Positions 1 to 13,380 are shown, counted from the first letter of the stretch. The stretch is DNA of 64,000 nt from Chiloscyllium plagiosum (GCF_004010195.1 NC_057719.1:93507072-93571071), one strand, 5' to 3'. Numbers and translations: made by a program. The notes: generated by a model not told the origin, from the sequence alone.

Positions 1-305
1 GTTTATAGAGCAAGACACTGGTGTTTTCTCCACAGTTCCCCATACTAAACAGATATCTTGACCGCGTTTATAAAGCAAGCCACTTGTGTTGTCTGCATAT
101 CTCCCCACAATGGACAGACCGTTTCATCCGGGTTTACACTCAGTGTACTGTTGTGGTCTAAACTGCTCCCTGTGTTGGACAGCTACCTTGTGGACTGGTG
201 AGCCCTACACATTGTTCTATCCAGGTCAAATTGTTGTTTATTTTTGTACTAAGCATTGTCTGCACAGTGCTCCATGTTGAACAGATATCTCATCTGGGCT
301 TACAC
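1..305 (+). repeat. Degenerate ~62-bp minisatellite (same family as 51765-52085)
   Basis: Recurring GTTTATAGA...CAC..TG...CTGCACAG.TCCCC...TGGACAGATATCT motif. Confidence 0.65.
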
Positions 306-592
306 ATGCTCGGGTTGGACCTGTGAATTGCATTTAGTGTACAATACAACTCCTGCTATAACTATCACTCCTGTAGCTCGGCCCATTTTGGTCTTAAATC
401 GCATATTTCTGCAACATGTATTCCATTAATTAATTATTCAATTAAAAAAGGTGTGTATCTGTCCTTCTTGTTCTGAACCAGGCAGCCCTCTCAAATTATA
501 TGAAGAAGGTAGCCTTGACAAGGGCGTTTTCTTATTATAAAGGTCAATATGAGGTGCTGTGTTTCTGATAAAAATGAATTGCTCAAAATATT

Positions 593-645
593 CATAGAGT
601 CATAGAGATGTACAGCATGGAAACAGACCCTTCGGTCCAACCCAT
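593..645 (-). mobile_element. Very short CR1 LINE 3' end
   Basis: Minus strand reads GGTTGGACCGAAGGGTCTGTTTCCATGCTGTACATCTCTATGACTCTATG, a CR1-type 3' tail. Confidence 0.7.
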
Positions 646-1611
646 ACGCGATCCGACGTTAAGGAAAACGCAAGTTACTCCAACACATGCAACAACAGTA
701 AGCGAAGCTTGGAATAACTCAATTCCATTGGAAAACATCACGGAATAATATGTTATTTAACTGTGAAAGAGTAACTGCTCAAATATGGTTATATCCCATA
801 AACACACACTCGAGAAAACAGCAAATTCAGAAAGCAGATTATCTTACAGGCAGTTCTTCAATCAAGGTGGAAACAATAGCTGAAGGCAATTGTGAGAGAA
901 ATCTCATAGATAAAATATAGCGACCGAGAGAGACTTACTGCTGAGACTCCAGTAATAAGTGGCAAAAGGTAAAGCTAAGAATGTTTGTCTGTGAGAGTTT
1001 GACCAAGACTCTAGTGAAACAGATCACCACAGCACAGGATGAGGTCACAATGCCTAGAAGGGAATGGACCCAAACCACCCACACCTGTGTTGGCACCTCC
1101 TAAAAAAGGGCTGTGCACATCTAAGCCGTTAAATGAAGGTCAGATAAATGTTAACGTTAAATGTAAATTTTAAAAATCAAAAGGAAGCAGCAGGCCTGTT
1201 GATCCGAAACAGACGGTGTCGGCAGCCTGAACGCTTCCTAATCTGCCAAAACATAGTAGAATCATTGCGTTCGTGAAAAGAAATTATCATCTCTCTCCCT
1301 CACCTCTAACTTTACAATTGTAGATGTGCCGTTATCCCAGTAGTGAGCGATGTCAACATCCCACCTTGACCAAATACGAATGTGAGATATAAGGGTTGTA
1401 AAGAAAGGGGTTAACTAGTGTTATCGTTCAGTGATGGCGATTGATTTCAATGTCCATGGTGTCTAACTGTGTCACTGGAGGGTTTTCGTTTCCGTTAATA
1501 CGCAGCTTCCTTCAACCTGTTATCCCATAATATCGGCGGCAGCGTCATGCTCAACACGATTGGGCTCAGCAGCTACAGAGAGATGGAGAGGAAAAGCATG
1601 TTAGACTAATC

Positions 1612-1837
1612 GACAGAATGTTCCAACAGTTGATCAGAATCTGAAAACATTAGACTGAAATGTTACAACTATGGACCCGAATTTAACAACTAAGACTGCA
1701 ATGTTCCAACAATGGATTTGATTCTGAAACCATTTGACTGGAATTTTCCAACAATTGATCAGAATCTGTGAACATTAGACTGCAATGTTCCAAACATGGA
1801 TCAGAATCTGAGAACATTCGACTGGAATGTTCCAACA
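1612..1837 (+). repeat. 21-bp (42-bp dimer) tandem repeat at the 5' end of exon 1A
   Basis: About 10-11 units alternating ATGGATCAGAATCTGAGAACA and TTAGACTGGAATGTTCCAACA. Confidence 0.9.
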
Positions 1838-1970
1838 ATGGGCAGGAGTTTATCCGATGGTCTTTACTTGATTTATCTGGATTGGCCATGGTTAGATTTG
1901 CGGACAGAAGCTGTACTGCTGTTTATTCAAGCAGGTTGCCATCCTATCCTCGCTATTGTTCGTGTTCCTG
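1796..1970 (+). CDS. Candidate first coding exon 1A of the GPR139-like receptor (N-terminus + first half of TM1); may be decaying
   Basis: Reads MDQNLRTFDWNVPTMGRS...FIQAGCHPILAIVRVP, then G|GTAGCC donor at 1971. Length is 175 nt = 58 codons + 1, which matches the phase of the exon at 57055 and gives PILAIVRVP-VNVVTF (361 aa total). Confidence 0.6.
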
Positions 1971-2980
1971 GTAGCCTATCTCTGTCAATTCTATAAGTGA
2001 TGGTGAATGTTATTGCTATTTCGGTTATTTATATTTAGCAAATCCAGAAACTGTTATCGTCAGTTTCAGTCAAACATCCCACTTTATTTCCACGAATATC
2101 AGACTCCTCACTCACAAACACCTAAGAAGGAAGAACGCTGTGCTGAACTTTGAGTCTCCCTTTTACTTTGAACTGTTTTATGTCTTTGCATTATTTCTGT
2201 CACCAAACCTGCCTACACCTACCTCTGTAATATCCCCAGTCTCTGTCTCTGCCTCAGTGCTGTTGCTGGATGACCTGTCACCTGCCTCAGATTTTACGGC
2301 TCCATTTCTATTCTGAACAAACTTTCCCGTTACGTATCTTTTGACCACAAGCGTTTCTTGTCTCTATAGTTACTTCACAATTGGGAGTCCGTATCAGAAT
2401 AATAATGTCAGTGGACGTTTAATGCAGACGCAGAAGATATGACTAGAATGGTATTGTTTAAAATTCTACTGCAGCCGATGACAGAACATAAATTTGAATG
2501 ACAAAATTGGAACGAAACCTAATTTCTCTCATGGCAAGTATGAACCACCAGAATTTCTATTATTGTTTAACTGATAATCTTTGGTCAAGGAACTTAATAT
2601 TGTTGCCGAGACTGGGCTAAGTGTGACTTCAGACCTACAACAATATGATCGCCTCTACATTGTTGTGACAAATGGCCTCACTGTCAAGGTCAATGAGGAA
2701 TGCCAACGAATGCTACCCTTACCAGTGATGCTGACATCCCGTGGGAAAAAAAGTGGAATAAACCAATGAACTATGGATGATGGAGATGTGAAACAAAGTC
2801 CTCCAGCGTCTGAAAGCGTGGGAGAGTCTCACAAGATATGGCAGACACTCTCAGGAGAAGCACAGATAACGTTTCGAGTCCAGTGATCCTATCTCAAACC
2901 TGAAAGCATCTGGGAATTAATATTTGTTAGACCAAGGATGGCTAGAAATGTAACTGGGACGTTTGAGTTGAATGAATTGA

Positions 2981-5218
2981 GAACATAAGAACATAAGTAC
3001 TGGTAACAGGAGTCAGCCGTCTGACCCTTTGAGCCAACTTCAACACTCAATAAGAACATGGCTGATCTTTTTCTGGTCTCATATCCCCTTACCCAGGATT
3101 TCACCATATCCCTTAATGCACTTATTTTTCAAAAAGAAAACGATCTACCTTTTCTATGAAATCAATTACTGAAGTAGCGTCAACCACTTCCCTGGGCACG
3201 GAATTCCATAGATTAACAACGCTCTGGGTGAAGAAGTTCCTTCTCAGTTCTACTCTAAATCTTCTTCCTCTAATCTTGAGGCCAAGTCATGTTGTTCTCG
3301 TTTCACCAACCGTGGAAACATCTTATCTATTTCTATTTTATCGATTCTTTTCGTGATTTTATTTGTTTTTGTTAGATCCTCCCTCATTCTTCTGAATTCA
3401 AGTAGATATAATCCCAATCTACTCAGCTTCCCGCCATAATAAACTCACTCATCTCCGACCCAACCTAGTGAACCTCCTCTGCATCAATTCCAGTGCCAGT
3501 GTATCCTTTCTGAAGTAACGAGATCAAATCTGCATACAATATTCCAGGTGTGGCCGCACCAGCACCTCGTACAGTTGTCACATTACCTCACTGTTGATAA
3601 ACATTGCTGCTTAGTAATGAAGGGCAAAACTCCTTTTACCTTCCTAATTATTTGTTGTATCTGCAGACCAACCTTCTGTGATGCATGTATAAGGACACCC
3701 AGATCGCTTTGCAAATCAGCCTGCTGCAATTTTTTAACCACTCAAGTAATAACCTATTTTGCTGTTACTCCGCATAAAATGTATGAATTCACATGTACTA
3801 GCATTGTATTCCATATTCCAGACCTTTGTTCACTCATTCAAAATATCGACGTTCCTCTGCAAAGTTTCACAGTCCTCTTTGCTTTGCCATTCATCTTAAA
3901 GTAATCGGCAAATTTTGACACGGTACACGTGTTCCTCAGCTCCAATTCATCTACATAAGTTGTAAATAATTATCGTCATAACACTGATCCCTGAAGCATA
4001 ATCCAGTCATTGATTTCCCGCCAGAATACTACACATTTATCCCCAGTTTTTGCTTCCTGTCTGTCAACCAATCCTCTAACCACGCTAAAGATTTACTCCA
4101 AACACAATGCAACCTTCTCATATGCAACAACCTCTCATTCAGCATCTTATCATAGGCCTTTTGGAAATATCAGTACACCACATCCATCGGGCTCCCGTTG
4201 CCCATCTTGCTTGAGATGTCTTGATAGAATTCCAAAAGATTTGTTATGCATGCCCTGCACTTCAAGACCCCATGCTGCGTCTGTCAAAAGGCACAATTAC
4301 GATCGAAATGCTCTGTCATTTCTTCCTTGATAGTGGACTCAAACACCATCCCCACCTTGGTGGTTAAGCTCACTGCTCCATAATTCCCCATCTTTTGTCT
4401 ACTTCCCATTTTATACAGTGGCTGTTTTCCAATCTGCTGGGGCTGCTCCAGAGCCCAGCAAATTTTGGAAAATTACCACTGGTACATCAGCAATTTCTCC
4501 CGCCATCCCTGCAATGCATTGCATCAGGAACAGGCGCCATTAGCTTACACAAGACCAGTTCTTCCTTAGACATAATTGCTTACGGGTACTCACCTATCTT
4601 AATGTCTTCGTCACTTATTTGCATGTTATTAATGTTCTCCACTATGGAGACCGATGTAAAGTATCTGTTCAATGACTTAACCATTTCATATCCCGGAACG
4701 AACTGCCCCTTCTCATCCTCCAAAGGAACAACATTTACTTTAGCCACTCTTCCTCGTTGTACATGTTGATGGAAAATTTTGCTCCCTGACTTAATATTCT
4801 CAATTTCTATATTGTTTTTCTTTCTAGCTTATTTTGTGGCTTTCTGGTGACCTCTAACGTTTTCCTAATCTTGTAGTTTCTTGTTGTTTTTGGGTACTTT
4901 GTATGCCTTATTTTTCAATTTGATAGTCTTTATTATTTCCTGAGACACCATTAGCAGATGACCCCTTTTCTTACATTACTTCTTTCTCACCGGAATATAC
5001 TTTTGCTGAAAATTTGAAAATTTTCTTTGAAGGTGCTCCACTACTCGCCAACTGACGTACCATGATGTCTCTGTTTGCAGTGTACTTTAACCACATCCTC
5101 CCTCATTCTATCAAATCCCCTCTTATTCAAGCACAGGACCCTGGTATTGGATTTATCTTCACACTATCCAGCTCTATTTTAAATTCAACCATACTGTGAT
5201 CGCTCTTTCCAAGAGGAT
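2981..5218 (-). mobile_element. CR1 LINE (element A), degraded ORF2 3' part; resumes at ~10955
   Basis: (CTTATGTT)n-type tail at ~2981 and degenerate CR1 RT-region sequence homologous to the other CR1 copies in the window. Confidence 0.8.
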
Positions 5219-8200
5219 AGAACATATAACACAGAAAAGTACAGCAGAGAACAGGTCCTTTGGCCCACGATGTTGTCCCGAAGGTGAATCCTAACGTAAA
5301 ATGAAATAACTTAACCTATGCACTCTTTGACGCACTGCTATCCACGTGCATATCCAGCAATCACTCAAATGACTCTAATGACTCTGCTTTCACCACCACC
5401 ACGGGCAATGCATTCCATACATTCACAACTCTCTGCATAAATAACCTACATCTGAAGTCCCCTCTATACATTGCTCCTAATATCTTAAAACTATGAACCC
5501 TCGTACCAGTCAAACTTGCCCTGGGGAAAATGTCTCTGGTCATTGGCTTTACCTATTCCTCTCATTATCTTGCATCCATCGATCAGATCACCTCTCTTCC
5601 TCCTCTTCAAAGAGAAAAGTCAGAGTTTATTCAACCTCTCTTCATAAGGCAAGTCCTCCAGTCCAGGCAACATCCTGGTAAACCGTCTTTGCACACTCTC
5701 CAAAGCCTCTGTATCTTTCCTATAGTACGGCGACCAGAACAGGACACAATATTCCAAGTGTGGTCTCACCAGGGACTTGTACAACTGTAGCAAAACCTCA
5801 TGGCTCACAAACTCGATTTCCCATTAATGAAAGCTAAAACACCACATGCTTTCTTAACAGCCCTTTCCAACTTTGACAACTTTGAAGGATCTATGTACTT
5901 GCACACCAAGAACCCTCTGTTCCTCCAGACTGCTAAGAATCCAGTCGTTAATCTTATATTCAGCATTCGAGTTCGAACTTCCAAACTGCATTACTTTTCA
6001 TTTATTCAGATTCAACTCCATCTGCCATTTCTCATCTCAGCTCTGCATCCTGTCTATGTCGTGCTGCAACATGCAGCAGCCCTCAATACTATCGACATTT
6101 GTATCATCTGCAAATGTGATAACCCACCCCTCAACATCCTCACCCAAGTCAATTATAAAAACTACAAAGAGCCCAAGTCCACGAACAGAGCCTTTCGGGA
6201 CCCGACTCAATAATGACCTCCAGACAGAATATCTTCCATCTACAATCACTCTCTAAATTCTGTCAGACAACCATATTCCGAATCCAGAAAGCTAAATCTC
6301 CCTGTATCCCATACTAATTTTCTGCATGAACCTACCATGGCAAATCTTATCAAATGCCTCGCTGAAGCCTATGTACACCACATCTGCTGTTCGACCTTTA
6401 TCGACCTCTCTTGTCATCTCCTCAAACAACTAAATAAAATTTGTGAGGCATGACCTGCCCTTTACAAAGCCATACTGACTGCCTTTTAATCAAGCTATGC
6501 TTTGCAAAATAAGTCCCATTCCTCAGAATTCTTTCTAAAATGTTTCTGACCAGAAACGTAAGTCTGACTGGTCTGTAATTGACAGTGATTTCCCATTACC
6601 CTTCTTGAAAACAGGAACAACATTCGCCTCCTTCCAATCCTCTGGTACAGCTCTCGAAGAGAGTTAGGAGGCAATGATCTTCACCAGCGGCTTAATAACC
6701 TGATTTCTCGTTTCCTGGAACAGTTTAGGATAGATTTCGTCTGGCCCTGGGGACGTATCAGTCTTAAGGTTTTTCAAACTTTCCAGCGAATTCAACTTCA
6801 TCAATCTTGATCTGGTCAAGGCCATATCTCAAAATCCTCATTTACAACAAGGTCCCTTTCCTAGGTGAAAACCGAAGCAAAAATCTCATTTAGGGCTTTC
6901 CCTATCTGCTCAGACTCCACGCACAAGTTCCCAGTGCTATCCATGATCGGCCTTACATTCTTCCTGATCATTCTCTTATTCCTTACGTTTGAGTAAAATT
7001 GCTTTGGGATCTCCTAATCCTTCCTACCAAGCCTTTTACGTGCCCCCTCCTAGCTCTCCTCTGTCCATTTCTCAGCTCCTTTCTAGCAAGCCTGTAATCC
7101 TCAAAGACTGTGCTGGATCCTTGCTCCATCCAACTAACGTAAGCTGCTTTCTTCGTTTTGATGGGAAACCCCTCTGATCTCGTCATACAAGTTTCCTTAA
7201 TATTACTCCTTCTTACCTGCCTCAGAGGAACAAGTTCGTGCATTACACACAGCAACTGCTACTTAAATAGTCTCCACATATCTGCTGTGCCCTATCTGTG
7301 GAACGGTTGCTCTTTCCCAATCTGTCTTTACAACTGTGGACTTGCAGGTAGATAGGATAGTGAAGAAGGCGCTTGGTACGCTTTCCTTTATTGGTCAGAG
7401 TATTGAGTACAGGAGTTGGGATGTCATGTTGCGGCTGTACAGGGCATTGGTTATGCTACAGTTGTAATACTGTGTTCAATTCTGGTCTCCTTCCTATCGG
7501 AACAATGTTGTGTAACTTGAAAGGGTTCAGAAAAGATTTACAAGTGTGTTGCCAGGGTTGGAGGATATGAGCCACACGAGAGGCTGAACAGTCTGGGGCT
7601 GTTTTCCCTGGAGCGTCAGAGGCTGATGGGTGATTATGAGGGGCATGGATAGTGTAAATAGGCAAAGTCTTTTTCCCTGGGGTCGGGGTGACAAGAACTA
7701 GAGGGCATAGGTTTAGGGTGAGAGGGGAAAGATATATAAGAGCCCTACGGGGCAACTCTGTCACACAGAGGGTGGTACGTGCATAGAATGAGCTGTCAGA
7801 GGAAGCGGCAGAGGCAGGTGCAGTTTCAACATTTAAGAGACATTTGGATGGGTATATGGATAGGAAGGCTTTGTAGGGATATGCGATGTTGCTGGCGGGT
7901 GTGTCTAGATTGGCTTAGGATATCTGTTCGGCATGGACAGGTTGGACCAACGGGTCCGTTTCCATGACTCCGGTCTGATAGCGTCATAATTTCCACTTCC
8001 TTAATAAAATGTCTTCCCTTGGTAACTGTTCCTTTCCCTCTCCAAGGCTATGGTAAATGTGAGGCAGTTGTGATCACTGTCACCAAAGTGTTTACTCATC
8101 GCAAGATCTGACACCTGTCCTGGCTCATTGACGAACACTAAATCCAAAATGGCCTCTCCCCTCGTCGGCCTGTCAAGATACTGAGCAGGGAAACACTCCT

Positions 8201-9098
8201 GAGAACACCTGACAAAACGGGGCTATTCAAACCAAAAGCTCTTAGGAGGTTCCGGTCGCTATTGGGCAAGTTGAAGTGACACAAAAAAACAACGCTGTAA
8301 CATCTGCATTTTCCAGAAGCTGCCCGCCTATGAGCTCTTCAATCTCTCTACTTCTATTAGGTGTTCTGTAGAAAACTCCCAATGATGTCACTATTCCCTT
8401 GCTTTTCCTAACTTCCTCCCATGCTGACTCAGTAGACAAACCTTCCTCAACAACATTCGTTTCTGTAGGTGTGATGCGCTGTGTGACTTGCAATACTAAA
8501 TCCCCTCCTCTTTTACCACTCTCCCAGTTTTTTTGAATGTTCTAAACCCTGGAACACCAAGTCGCCATTTCTGCCCCTGTTAAACCCACGTCTCCATTAT
8601 GGCCACAACATCATATCCCCAAGTAGTGATCCATGTTCTAAGCTCGTCATTCTTGTTGCTGACGATCCTTGTGTTAAAGCGGACACGCTTTAACCAATCC
8701 CTTTTGTTTCATTGCGTGAGAAACATTCCCGATAGATTCATTACACCCTGTCACTGCCCATCTGCAACTGCCCGCTCTCAGATATGTGGGTGTGATTCCC
8801 ACCTCCCTGCCAAGCTAGTGTAAACCCTCCCGAATCACACTAGCAAATGCCCATGCAGGATATTTGTGCCCCTCCAGTTCAGGTGCAACTCGTCCTTCAC
8901 GTACAGGTCCCACTTTCCCCAGAAGGTATTCCAATGGTCGAGGTATCTGAAGCTCTCTCTCCTGCACCAGCCTCACATATACGTGTTAATCTGCATTCAC
9001 TAACTGTTCCTCACCTCACTGTCTCGTGGCATTGGTACGAAACCTGAGATCACTACTCTACTCGTCCTGCTCTTCAGCTTCCAACCTCACTCTCTGTA
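5219..9098 (-). mobile_element. CR1 LINE (element B) inserted into element A; RT, endonuclease and end of ORF1, degraded
   Basis: Minus-strand ORF fragments LVRPHLEYCVLFWSPYY, VPKGSVRG..FADD and LGVFYRTPN. Closely homologous to 60150-64000. Confidence 0.88.
7322..7970 (+). mobile_element. 5'-truncated CR1 3' fragment inserted in opposite orientation into element B
   Basis: YCVQFWSP-type sequence and a CR1 3' end (ggttggacc..gggtccgtttccatgactc). Host sequence (…ttcccaa / tctgatagcgtcataattt…) resumes on both sides, compare 62260-62290. Confidence 0.8.
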
Positions 9099-10940
9099 GT
9101 GATGATTTGGAGATGCTGGTGTTGGACCGGGGTGTACAAAGATAAAAATCACACAACACCAGGTTATAGTCCAACAGGTTTAATTGGAAGCACACTACTT
9201 TCGGAGCGTAGCTCCATCATCAGGTGATAGTGGAGGACTCAATCCTAAAACACAGAATTTATCCCAAATATTTACAATGTGATGTAACTAAAATTATACA
9301 TGAAAAATACCTTGATTGTCTGTTGAGTCTTTCATCTGTTTGAATACCATGATAGTTTCACTTCTTTCATGTGTGAATTGCAAAATCTTTTTTTTAAAGT
9401 TGCATTCTCAGTTTAGCTGTAACAAAGGGTGATAGCGAGACAATATGTTGAAGGTGTTAGCCCCCTGTGTTCTCTGTCTCTGTCATGATGTTTAGATTGA
9501 TTCTAATCTAAACAGCGAGATAACAGAGTTTTACATGAATTCATGCAGTTTTTCAGTAAAGTACAATTTACCTCTGCAAGTACAATTTCAGCTCACAAAA
9601 TATATGTGTGCATGTGGATCTTTGTCTGTCTGTGTGTGTGTCTGTCTGGGCTGGTGTTGTCAGTTTGAGAGAGAGGTGTATGTATGTGCGTGTAGTGAGT
9701 GTAGAGTGCCTTAAGTCTATGAGGGGGTGCAGTGAGTGTGGGAGTGTGTATGGGTGTGTGGGATGGGCATTTGTGAGTGTCTGTGAGAGAGCCTTTGTGT
9801 GTGTGCATGAGTGTAGAGTGGTCTAAGTCTCTGAGAAGATGCCTGTGTGAGTGTTGGAGTGTATGTGTCTCGGTAAAAACAATGAGTGCAGATGCTGGAA
9901 ATCAGATTCTGGATTAGTGGTGCTGGAAGAGCACAGCAGTTCAGGCAGCATCCGAGGTGCAGTAAAATCGACGTTTCGGGGAAAAGCCCTTGTAAGGGAG
10001 TATGTGGGTGTCTGTGTATATGTGAGTTGTCCGTGTGTATGTGGTAATAGGAGTGACTCTGCGTGTGTGTGTGAGTGAGAAAGAGAGAGAGAGAGAGAGA
10101 GAGAGTGTTTGGAGGAGTGTCTGTGTGTGAATAGTGCAATGGTGGTCACTTGTAATGTGACATGAACCGAAGACCCCAGTTGAGGCCTTCCCTATGGGTA
10201 CTGAACTTAGCTATCAGCCTCTGCTCGGCCACTTTTTGCTGTTGCGTGTCCCGAAGTCCGCCTTGGAGGATGGTCACCGGAAAGTCTGAGGATGAATGGC
10301 CTGGACCACTAAAGTGTTCCCCAACTGGGAGGGAACATTCCTGTCTGTTGATTGCTGTGTAGTGGCCATTCATCTGTTGTCGTAACCTTTGCTTGGTATT
10401 CCCAATAAACCATGACCCAGAGTATCATTGCCTGCAACGTATAAGATAGACAATGTTGGCTGGGTCGCATGAGTATCTGCCATGTACAAGGTGGGAGGTG
10501 TCCCATTGTGTAATAGTGGTATCTATGTCCACACCCTGACACGTCTTGCAGCGGCCACCTTGACAGGGTTGTATGGAGTGGTCCTGAGAGCCGGGCAGCT
10601 TGCTATGAACAATGATCTGTTTGAGGTTTGGCGGTTATTTAAAGGCAAGTAGTAGAGCTGTGGGGAAAGCCTTGGCGAGGTGCTCATCCTCATTGATAAC
10701 GTGTTGCAGGTCAAGAAGAACATGGCGTAGTTTTTCAGCTCCTGTGAATTACTGAACAACGAAGGGTACCCTGTCGATTGTAGCACGAATCTGTCTCCTG
10801 AGGAGGCTATTATGGTTCCTGGAGGTGGCACATCGGAATTGGTGGTCGATGATTTGGGCATCGTACTCCGTTCTTGTGAGGGCATCCCTGAGTACTTCCA
10901 GGTGGCCGTCATGGTCCTCCTCATCTGAGCTGATCCGGAC
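9099..10940 (-). mobile_element. Penelope-like element (probably Neptune-type), 5'-truncated: Cys-rich linker, GIY-YIG endonuclease, microsatellite-rich 3' region, terminal repeat with hammerhead motif
   Basis: Minus strand encodes PCQGGRCKTC...NIVYLIRCRQ*YSGSWFIGNTKQRLRQQMNGH...VGEHFSGPGH...AEQRLIAKFSTHREGLN. Confidence 0.85.
9193..9226 (-). ncRNA. Minimal type I hammerhead ribozyme-like motif in PLE terminal repeat
   Basis: Minus strand CAC-CTGATGA-T-GGAGC-TAC-GCTCC-GAAA-G-TA-GTG: catalytic core boxes, a 5-bp stem II and a 3-bp stem I. Confidence 0.7.
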
Positions 10941-10954
10941 ATTTTCACCTTTCC

Positions 10955-11345
10955 AGGATTCCTTCCGACCCTTGACAATTGGTTCTTAATTATTCCGGCC
11001 TTGTTACAGAGGACCAGATCTAGGATAGCTTGCTCCCTTGTCAGTTTCGTTATATCGTGTTCAAGAAAACTATCACAGATACACTCGACAAACTCTTCCT
11101 GAAGGCTACCGTGAGTGAACTGGTTCAACCAATCTACATGCAGATTAAAATCTACCATGATAATTGCTGTACACTTTTTTGCATCTATTAGTTATTTCTT
11201 TGTTTGTTGGCCGCCCCAATGTGATGTTATTATTTGGTGGACTACAACTTCGCCTATCAGCGACGTTTTCCTTGTGGAATCCCTAATTTCCACCCAAATA
11301 TATTCGATGTCATGCTCCATAGAACATATACCATCTCTCAGCAAT
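10955..11345 (-). mobile_element. CR1 element A, continuation (endonuclease region)
   Basis: Minus-strand ORFs DFNLHVDW…EQAILDLVLCN and EYIWVEIRD (APE endonuclease motifs). Confidence 0.78.
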
Positions 11346-11370
11346 GACCTGTATTCCAATGACAGAGAAG

Positions 11371-11404
<34 letters not shown>

Positions 11405-12329
11405 CGGGATGGTCGGAAAGAGAGAGAGAGAGAGAGAGGAAGAACAATCATAACGATTGCTCATGATGAACTGTATGGAAAATAGAATGGAAGTTATTCT
11501 AACTTTTCCACCTTTCCAATTTTCGTAAATATCACGTCCATTTACTTCTGAGCCTGTTTAAAGTGAGCTATATTCCTTCTGAGTCTTTTCTCTGGGTGTG
11601 TGACCAACTGCCTCGTCAACACTCGTGCTACCATAATAGTTGCTGAGATGTCGAGAAAGGCGATGTTATATTGGCAATTGCTTCTTTGGGGAGGGCAACT
11701 GTTACTTGTGGGACTGTTAAGGGATGCAACAGCTTTCTCAGCCAGGAAGAAAAACTGAAGAGAGGGGACATTTTCTACATTGAATGGGTGCACCATGTGT
11801 GTGGGGACTTGACTTGTTTCTGTCATTGGTAAGTCAGTGGAAGTTCTGTGACGCTTTACTCGGGTTTGTCTTGTGAGCTGCTGCAATTATTCAGGAAGAC
11901 TGAGAGTCTGCCGACTCCACTCTGGACACTGCATTTACAGAGTCTCTGGGTACATGGAAAAAAAAATGGATCTGAGACTGCACAGAAGGGAAGATCTGTA
12001 AATATTTTGAGCAGGGTACTGAACTATCCTGCCTGGGAATCCAGGGATAGTTTTCTAAGCTGGACCCTTTCAATGTGTAAAGTGTGAAACCAGTTTCTTT
12101 CAAAAGGTGAAGTGGTCACTGAGCTGTGCCACTCCTTCAGCAAAACTTATCGCCTCATACCAAGGACAGGACTGTGCTGAACCTCACCTTGAAGTGAAAT
12201 GTTTTTATTCTGGAACGTTCCAGCAGGAGAGGGTATCATATACATAATGTCTGGAATGCAGCACTTGAATGCATAACTAGCTGACAGAACCCATCTTCAC
12301 GCTGAGACAACACTTTGGTTCTATCTCCA

Positions 12330-13380
12330 AAGGGGAAGGTACAGAAACAAACTTCTAGAAATTATAGTGATCAGGGGAACTGGTGAAAACGAGAAGCTAC
12401 ATGTCATCAGAATAAATGAAGAGTATGTATTTGAAAATCTAATTGAGTTGAAGTTTCATAAGTTGCTGCATCTGATGAGCTACATCCTGGGGTATTGAGG
12501 AGGTGGTGATAGAGGTAGTGAAAGAATTGCTGATTATTCTTCAGAGCTGGTTAGTTTCTGTAAATGATCCTGTAGACTGGAAAGCAGATTGTGGAAACCT
12601 AAATATTAATAACATGACAGAGGAAAAACTGTAAATTAAATACCTTGATTTCATTTGTGAGCAAAATATTGCAACCTTTTATAAGGAATGTTATAACCAG
12701 GCTTTTGGAGAATAATGATATGATTTGGTAAAGTCGGCTTAGATTCAGTAAAGGAAAATAATCTTTGATAAACCAACTGGAGTTTGTGGAAGTTGTCCGT
12801 TGTGATATTGATAACTGATAACCAGTGGGAGTGAAGTATTTGATTTTTCAGAATACGTTTTCACATGTTTGAATACAACTGACAGGATAATATTACATTC
12901 CATGGATATGTCGGGGTGGAACATATACCATATGGATTAAAAATTGGATACTGAAGATACGAGAAGAGCAGTGTTTATCTCTGGACCGAAGGCTTGATAG
13001 GTATCAGAAGGGTTAGTGTTTCGGCAATAGCTGTTCGCAAAGTATACAAACTGATTCAGATGTGAACAACAAATATTATCATTCACATTTATGTTTATTA
13101 ACTGGTGAGAGGTTGGGAAGTGCTGTTGTAGAAAAGGACCTGGGCATGCTTGGTCACAACTCACGAACAGGATTCTTCTGGGGCATGAGGTAAATGATAT
13201 GTGGCTCTTCATACAAAGTGATTAACGTACGAGAGTAAACATATCTTTCTCAATAAAAGTGTTTTGTTGAAAGTGAATTTGGTGCAGTGTATGCAGGTTT
13301 GAACTGGTTTATAAAAAATGATCTCCACGTCACCGAGACAGTACAAATGACTTTCACCAGTCTAAACCCTGGCAGGAAAG
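12330..13380 (+). mobile_element. Old, highly degraded CR1 ORF2 fragment
   Basis: Residual similarity to CR1 RT-region sequence (gactggaaag…, tatttgatttttcagaa…). Confidence 0.55.

Noticed and set aside
10420..10432. In-frame TGA in the PLE GIY-YIG region as possible selenocysteine
   Set aside because: The copy is otherwise degraded, a single substitution explains the stop, and I could not identify a SECIS.
11500..12300. Possible host exon or DNA-transposon remnant (ORF 11542-11886)
   Set aside because: No recognisable motif or splice context; it cannot be supported without a database search.
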